Shown piece by piece: positions 58,161-64,000 of a DNA stretch of 64,000 nt. Every line of letters begins with the position of its first letter. Position 1 is the first letter of the stretch. A program made the translations under genes and the position numbers. Under the pieces are notes generated by a model. The model worked only from the letters and a program-made list of their open reading frames with translations, was not told the origin of the DNA and made no database searches. Source of the DNA: Scenedesmus sp. PABB004 (lineage: Eukaryota); contig JABVCE010000011.1 in NCBI GenBank assembly GCA_014905635.1, positions 744,001 through 808,000 on the forward strand, read 5' to 3'.

Positions 58161-61100
58161 GCCGCCGCTGCCGACGCTCACCGCCTCACTGCCCGTGCCC
58201 CCCCCCTAACCCCCCCCCCCCCCACACACACACACACACGCACACGCACACGCCCACACACCACCACCCCCAGGTACTTCCTGCGCAACGCGGCCGAGGC
58301 GCAGGCGAGCGAGGTGGAGCTCTTCCTCAACAGCGTGCCCATCCTCAACCCGCTCAGCCAGGACGAGAAGCTGCAGCTCGTCGACGCGTTCGAGGAGAAG
58401 ACCTACGCGCCCGGCGAGCAGGTGCGCGCCGCCGCCGCCGCACGCGCCCACGCCGCCGCGCCGCCGCGCCGCCGCGCCTGCAACCACGCTGATGCGCCCG
58501 CGTGAACCACCGCGCCCGCGCGCGCCCACGCGCGACCGACGCGTCAACCACCGCGCCGCGCTCCACAGGTCGTGGTTGAGGGCGACCCCGGCGACTACTT
58601 TTACATCATCAAGGAGGGCGAGGCCGTGGTGCACCAGGGCGGCGGCCCCGCGGGCGTGCGGCACAAGGTCAACCACCTCTTCCGCTCCGACTTTTTCGGC
58701 GAGCGCGCGCTGCTGGTGCAGGAGCCGCGCATCGCGACGGTGCGGCGCGGGCGCGGGGCGCGCGGCGGCGCGCGGCGCAGGGCGCGCGGCGGCATGCGGC
58801 GCGGGGCGCGGCGCGGTGGGGCTGACGCCGGCGCGCGCCTCCCGCGGCGCGGCGCGGCGCAGGTCGAGGCGGTGACGCCGCTCAAGGTGCTGGCGCTGGC
58901 GCGCAAAGCTTTCATGCGCGTGCTGGGGCCGCTGGAGGAGCTGCTCACGCGGGAGAAGAGCCCGCAGGTGCGCATCCGCGGCTGTGCGCCGCGCCGCGCG
59001 CGCGCAAGCAGGCCCCGGCCCCGGCCCTGCGCCGCGCGCCGCCGCGGGGGCCCATGGCCGCCGGGCCCGCCCGCGGTCGCGCGCGCGCGCGCAGGTCATC
59101 GCGCAGCGCCTGAGCAAGCTGGGCACCTTCAAAAAGGCGGGCGCGCCGGGGCGGCTGCCGGCCGAGGTGCTCATCAAGCGCCGCAAGCGCGGCCACGGCG
59201 GCGAGGTCAGCTGGGAGGTCGTGCGCGCGCGGGGCCACCTCGACGAGGTGCTCGAGATGCGCAAGGGCGGCAGCAAGATCGGTGCGGCGCCGCGGCGCGC
59301 GCTGCTGCTGCGCGGCGCGCGACAGCCGCGGCGCGTCCGGAGGGGGGCCTCCCTGCCCACGCGCCCACGCGCCCGCGCGCCCGCGCGCCCACGCGCCCGC
59401 CCGCCCACGCGCCCGCCCGCCCGCGCGCACGCAGAGGAGCTGGACCTGGGGCGCGAGGCGCCGACGCTCATCCTCACCGAGGGCGCGATCCTCGGCGGCG
59501 GCGCGTTCAGCCGCGTGTCGGAGGTGACCGAGGAGTCGACGGGCAACACGTACGCGATGAAGCGCATGCGCAAGAGCGCGGTCGTGCAGTGCCCCGAGCA
59601 CGTCTACTTTGAGCAGGCGATCACCAAGAACACGGCGCACCCCTTCTGCATCCGCCAGTACGCCACGTTCCAGGCGCGCGCCCGCGCGCCGCCGCGCCGC
59701 GCCCGCGCCGCCGGCGCTGCGCCGCTCCTCCCCTCCCCGGCCACGCGCCCCGCTCCTCACCTCGTCCCCACGCGCTGCCTCACCACGCTCGCTCACCCGC
59801 TCACTCGCTCACTCGCTCACTCGCTCGCCCACCCACGCACTCACTCCTCTCACTCGTCTCACTCCACTTCACTTCATGTCACTCCACTCGCAGGACAAGT
59901 ACCACCTGTACTTCCTGTTTGACCTCATGCCCGGCGGCGACCTCATGGACGTGCTCGTCGCGGAGGCCAAGGTCATCCGCCAGCGCGTGCCCAGCGCGGC
60001 GTGGCAGGTCGCGTGCCTCGCGCCAAAGGTGCGCCGCCGCGCCGCCGCCGCCGCCGCCCGCGCGCCGCCGCCGCCGCCGCCGCCGCCGCCCTGCCGGCCC
60101 ACCGCGCGCACGGCCTCACGCCCCGCATGCCCCGCGCGCCCCGCGCACCGCGCCCGCGCAGGTCAAGATGCTGCAGGGCATGCCCGAGGAGCTCGCGCGC
60201 TTCTACGTCGCGTCGATCGTGCTCTCGCTCGAGTACCTCCATGGCAGCCACACCGTCTACCGCGACCTCAAGCCGGAGAACGTCTTCATCGACGCCCAGG
60301 TGCGGCGCTGCGCCGCCACCGCCACCACCTAGGCCCTAGGGCCTGAACCCTCAAGCCCCGCACCGCGCGCGCGACCCGGCGCCGCCGCCGCACGCGTTCG
60401 CCGCCGGCCGCCGGCCACCGGCACGCGCTGGGCGAACGCCGCGCCGCTGAACACGCCGCCGCGCCGCCGGGCGCCTGCTGCCCGCCGCCAGGGCTTTGTG
60501 AAGATCGGCGACTTTGGGTTTGCCAAGGTGCTGGAGAGCAACAACCGCACCTACACCTTCTGCGGCACGCCCGGCTACGTCGCGCCCGAGAACGGTGCGG
60601 CGCGGCGCCGGGGGCCGGCGGGGGCCGCCGCGCGCGCGCGCGCACCCCGCCCCGCCCCGCCGGCGGGCGCCGCTCTCTCCCTCCCCCTCTCCCTCCCCCT
60701 CTCCCTCCCCCTCTCCCTCTCGCTCTCCCTCGCTCGCGCACGCCCTCACACGCCCGCGCCGCGCGGCGCGCGCGCGCGCCGCGCAGTGCTGGCGCACGGC
60801 TACAACTACAGCGTCGACTGGTGGGGCCTCGGCGTGCTCACGTACGTGCTGCTCACGGGGCGGCAGCCGTTCAGCAGCCCCAAGACCGACGACCCCATGG
60901 TCGTCATGCGGCGCATCGTGGACGAGAACTACGTCATCAAGTACCCGCCCTTCCTCTCGCCCGCAGCAAAGGCGCGCGCGCGCGGCTGATTGGCCGTCGC
61001 GCCCGCGGGCGCTGCCGCCGCGTGACGCGCGCGTGCGGCGCGCGTGTGACGCGCCGCGCGTGGGGCTCGTGTGACGCGGCGCGCGTGGGGCGTGCGTGGC

Positions 61101-61550
61101 GCGGCCCGCCGACGGGGGCCCCCCGCCGCCGCTGTGCGCCGCAGGACCTCATCCAGCGGCTGCTCGAGCGCAAGCCCGCCAAGCGCCTCGGCATGCTGAG
61201 CGGCAAGGCGGGCGACGTCAAGCGGCACCGCTGGTTCGAGGGCATCGACTGGGAGGCGCTCGAGGCCCGCCGCACGCAGCCGCCGCGCAAGCCCAAGGCG
61301 CGCCCGGGCGCGGGAGGGAGGGGCGCGCGGGCGGGCGCGCGCCGCCGGCGCCGCCGCGCCGGGGCGCCGCGCCCGACCCCGCGCCGCGGCCGACCCCGCG
61401 CCGCGCGCCCCGCCGCCGCCGCCTGAACAGGACACCGACTCTGCCAAGCGCCTGAAGGACCTGATTGAGAACGAGCGCAAGGGCCAGCGCACGACCAAGG
61501 AGACCAACGAGGAGATGGCCGAGTGCGAGGGCGTCTTCAGGGACTTCTGA
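57037..61550 (+). CDS. Cyclic-nucleotide-dependent protein kinase (PKG-like: two cNMP domains + AGC kinase), N-myristoylation motif
   Basis: MGNSSS; phosphate-binding cassettes [16 protein letters not shown] and [64 protein letters not shown]-terminal FRDF; TGA 61550. Confidence 0.93.
58012..58160. repeat. (CAG/CGG)n trinucleotide repeat in a kinase intron
   Basis: Visible run within intron 57921-58273, followed by poly-C and (CA)n. Confidence 0.9.
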
Positions 61551-62382
61551 GCCCCGCGCCGCCACCAGGACCCACTCTCCCCGCCCCGCCACGGGCGCGC
61601 GGCGCGCGCGGGGGCGCGCCTGCGCGCCCGGCGGGGCCGCCCGCGGGGGTTTCGCGCGCGCTGGCTGCGCGCGCCGCCGGCTGCGGCGCCGGGCCTGCGG
61701 CGGCCCGGCGCGCGCGGGGGGCCTGCAGCGCCGGGTGTTGCCGGCTGTGTGCTGCCGCCGCCACGAGATCACGACACGACCCGCCGGGCGCGCAGCAGTG
61801 GCTGCATAGCTCACTGTCCCTGTTCCTGCGTCTGCCCGGCCGCCCACGGCGCGGCGGCGGTGGCGCGCGCGCGCGATCGGACCGGAGCCGCGCGCCGCCG
61901 GCGGCGCGCGGCGGCCCGTTCAAGAAACGAACTGCCGCCTGCACTCGCACGCAACGCATGCCCACGCCAACACGGTGTTCGTTTGCAACACGCACGCTTG
62001 CCGCCGACGTCGGTGGGACTGCGCGCGACGCCGATGCCGCCGAGCGCAGACAGCGCGCGCCGGGTGACTGCGGCGCGCAGGCCGCGCAGCCGCGCGGCGA
62101 ACGCGATCACAGATCCCGAGCTCGGATCGGGAGCTCGCGAGCGCTCGCTGGCCCCCCAGAGTTAAGTTCCGCATCGGAGTTTGTGGGTGTGGGCGCAGCG
62201 CGCCAAGACGCACCGCTTGGCCGCCGCCCCCGCAGTCTTGCCCGACTCACGCCCGAACGCCGAGGCCTAGAGCGCGCCCGGACCCGGTCAGCGCCGCGCG
62301 TCGGCTCCCACGCCCGGGCGCGGACCGCTCCACGACCGCGGCCCGCGCAGAGAGGCACCGAGAGAGCGTGGCGCCGCGCGCT

Positions 62383-63130
62383 ATGCGGCCAGCCGTGCTC
62401 AGCACGCTGCTGGTCGTGCTTGCTTGCCACGCGGCGGGCGCGACAGGTGGGGCGCGGGCGGATGCACACGCCAGCCTGGCGCCGGTGCCATCGCCGCGCG
62501 CCGCCCGCTCGGCCGGGCGCGCGACCGGGCGCCTCTCGAGAGAACAAGGGGTCGTCGCTGCGTCGCCGCCGGCGTCGACTCACCCGCCGCGCCGCCGCTG
62601 CCTGCCGCTGTGCCCTCGCAGGCGCCGCGGCGCGCCCTGCGCTCCCCCACCGCCGCGCGCTGCGCGTAGCGGGCGATCCTGCGGGCCACGGCATCACGCC
62701 CCCCGGCGGCGAGCCTGCGGCTGCGGCCGGCTCCGCGCCGGGCAACGGGGGCGGCGCCGAGCCGTGCCAGCACCTCACGCGGCGCCGCGACGCCGGGCTG
62801 CGCCGCGCCTTGGGCGGCGCGCGCAGCCCCGACCTGCACACCAAGGCTGTGCCCGACGTCCGCGCGCGCGGCGAGTCCGCGGGCCAGCCGGCGGGCGCGG
62901 CGGCGGCCGCCGGCGCGGCGGCGCATCGCGTGGCCGCCGCCGCGCTCTCGGCGGATGCGCAGCAGCAGCGGGACGTGCGCACGCAGCACCTGGTCGCGAG
63001 CTTCATGGAGGCCGGGCGGGCCCAACTGAACGGCATGCTGCTGGAGGAGTTCAAGGCCGAGGGCGCCGCGACGCCGCCGGGGCATGGCCACGGCGCCGAG
63101 CCGCCCCGCGGTGACGCGGACGGGCATTGA
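62383..63130 (+). CDS. Small putative secreted protein, 2 exons
   Basis: ATG 62383 MRPAVLSTLLVVLACHAAGAT (signal-peptide-like); phase-1 intron about 62447-62621; exon 2 open to TGA 63130. Confidence 0.5.
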
Positions 63131-64000
63131 GGCGGCGCGCGGCGCGGGGCCACCGCCTTGGGGGGTGCCACGCACGGCACGCGGGGGCGCCGGGCGGGCA
63201 TCCGTCGGCGGCTGAGCTGGGGGAGGGGGAGTGCCTGCTGACCCGGCGCCCCGGCTGGCAGAGCGCGCGCGCGTCGTCCGACGCGCGACGGACGGCCAGA
63301 TTTTGACCGGGGCGCTCGGCGACGCAGGGGGCGGCGAGGGGGCATTGCTTGGGCACGAACCTGCATGCTTGGCGAGTATGGGAGAGGCGCAACGCCTGCA
63401 GCACTGGCCGTACGATGCACATACTAAATTCCCGCCCGCTTGCAGACGGGTGGACGCACGCACCGGCGCGTGCCGCGCGGGGCCTCCTGCTGGCCCTGCT
63501 GCGCCGCGCGCGGGCACGCGGCGCACAGGCACCACACGCACCACACACATGCACTGGGCGAACCAGCGCGTGCGCCCTCCCGCGCAGTCAGCGCTGCTTA
63601 CTAACTAACAAAAGGGAGCGCAACGCTGACAGAGAACGCTGCAACGCGGACGGCGGCGCCGCGGCGGCGCGCGCAGTTGCGCACGAGAGGAGCGGAGGGG
63701 TGTTGTCGCAATCACAGTTTTGGCCGCGCCGCGTGCGCTCTCAAAACGGCCCCGCCGACGAAGCGCTGGCTCTTCTTTTCACACCCCTAGGCGGCGCGCG
63801 TGCGCTGGCTGCCCAAGCTGACCTGTCGAGGGGGGGAGGGGGCCCTCCGCTGAGCGCGCCTGCCGCCTGGCACGCGCCCGCCTGCGGCAGCGTCGAGGTA
63901 TGTACTGATGATCGACGCCATGTTGAGGCCGTGTGTCACGTGTGCGTGTTGTGTGTGTACTAGTGTTGTGCGACGGTGTATGTGCGCGGATGTGCGACCT

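Noticed and set aside
63895..64000. GTATGT donor-like site and CTGATGA box-C-like motif at the window end
   Set aside because: No box D or partner exon within the window, so it cannot be evaluated.

Overview
Very GC-rich (by eye about 75-80%), gene-dense, intron-rich eukaryotic nuclear DNA. TGTAA poly(A) signals, GTGCG-type donors and plastid transit peptides point to a chlorophyte green alga (Sphaeropleales-like; this is an inference). Most long six-frame ORFs are GC artefacts. Hand-spliced genes in order: unknown NLS protein, PP5 (-), plastid EngA/Der GTPase (+) carrying an intronless TGD3 gene on the same strand inside the intron that splits its second P-loop, a convergent pair of uncharacterised IQ-motif paralogues, U1-70K (-), two tRNA-Val(CAC) copies in 1.49-kb direct repeats bracketing an LRR gene, WD40 (-), CXIP4-like (-), SQD1 (+) bracketed by two copies of the AlkB promoter plus exon 1, ALKBH1-like (+), GBP-like GTPase (+), unknown Q/H-rich protein (+), ClpX (-), plastid L10 (+) hosting a U41/snR51-type C/D snoRNA, a myristoylated PKG-like kinase (+) and a small secreted protein (+). 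Main observations: same-strand nesting of plastid-lipid genes in host introns (TGD3 clear, SQD1 plausible), recurrent duplication-flanked gene insertions, about 16 GC-AG introns all preceded by exonic AG, and a cluster of consensus 5' splice sites inside the long U1-70K intron. Exon boundaries were inferred by eye and no database searches were run.
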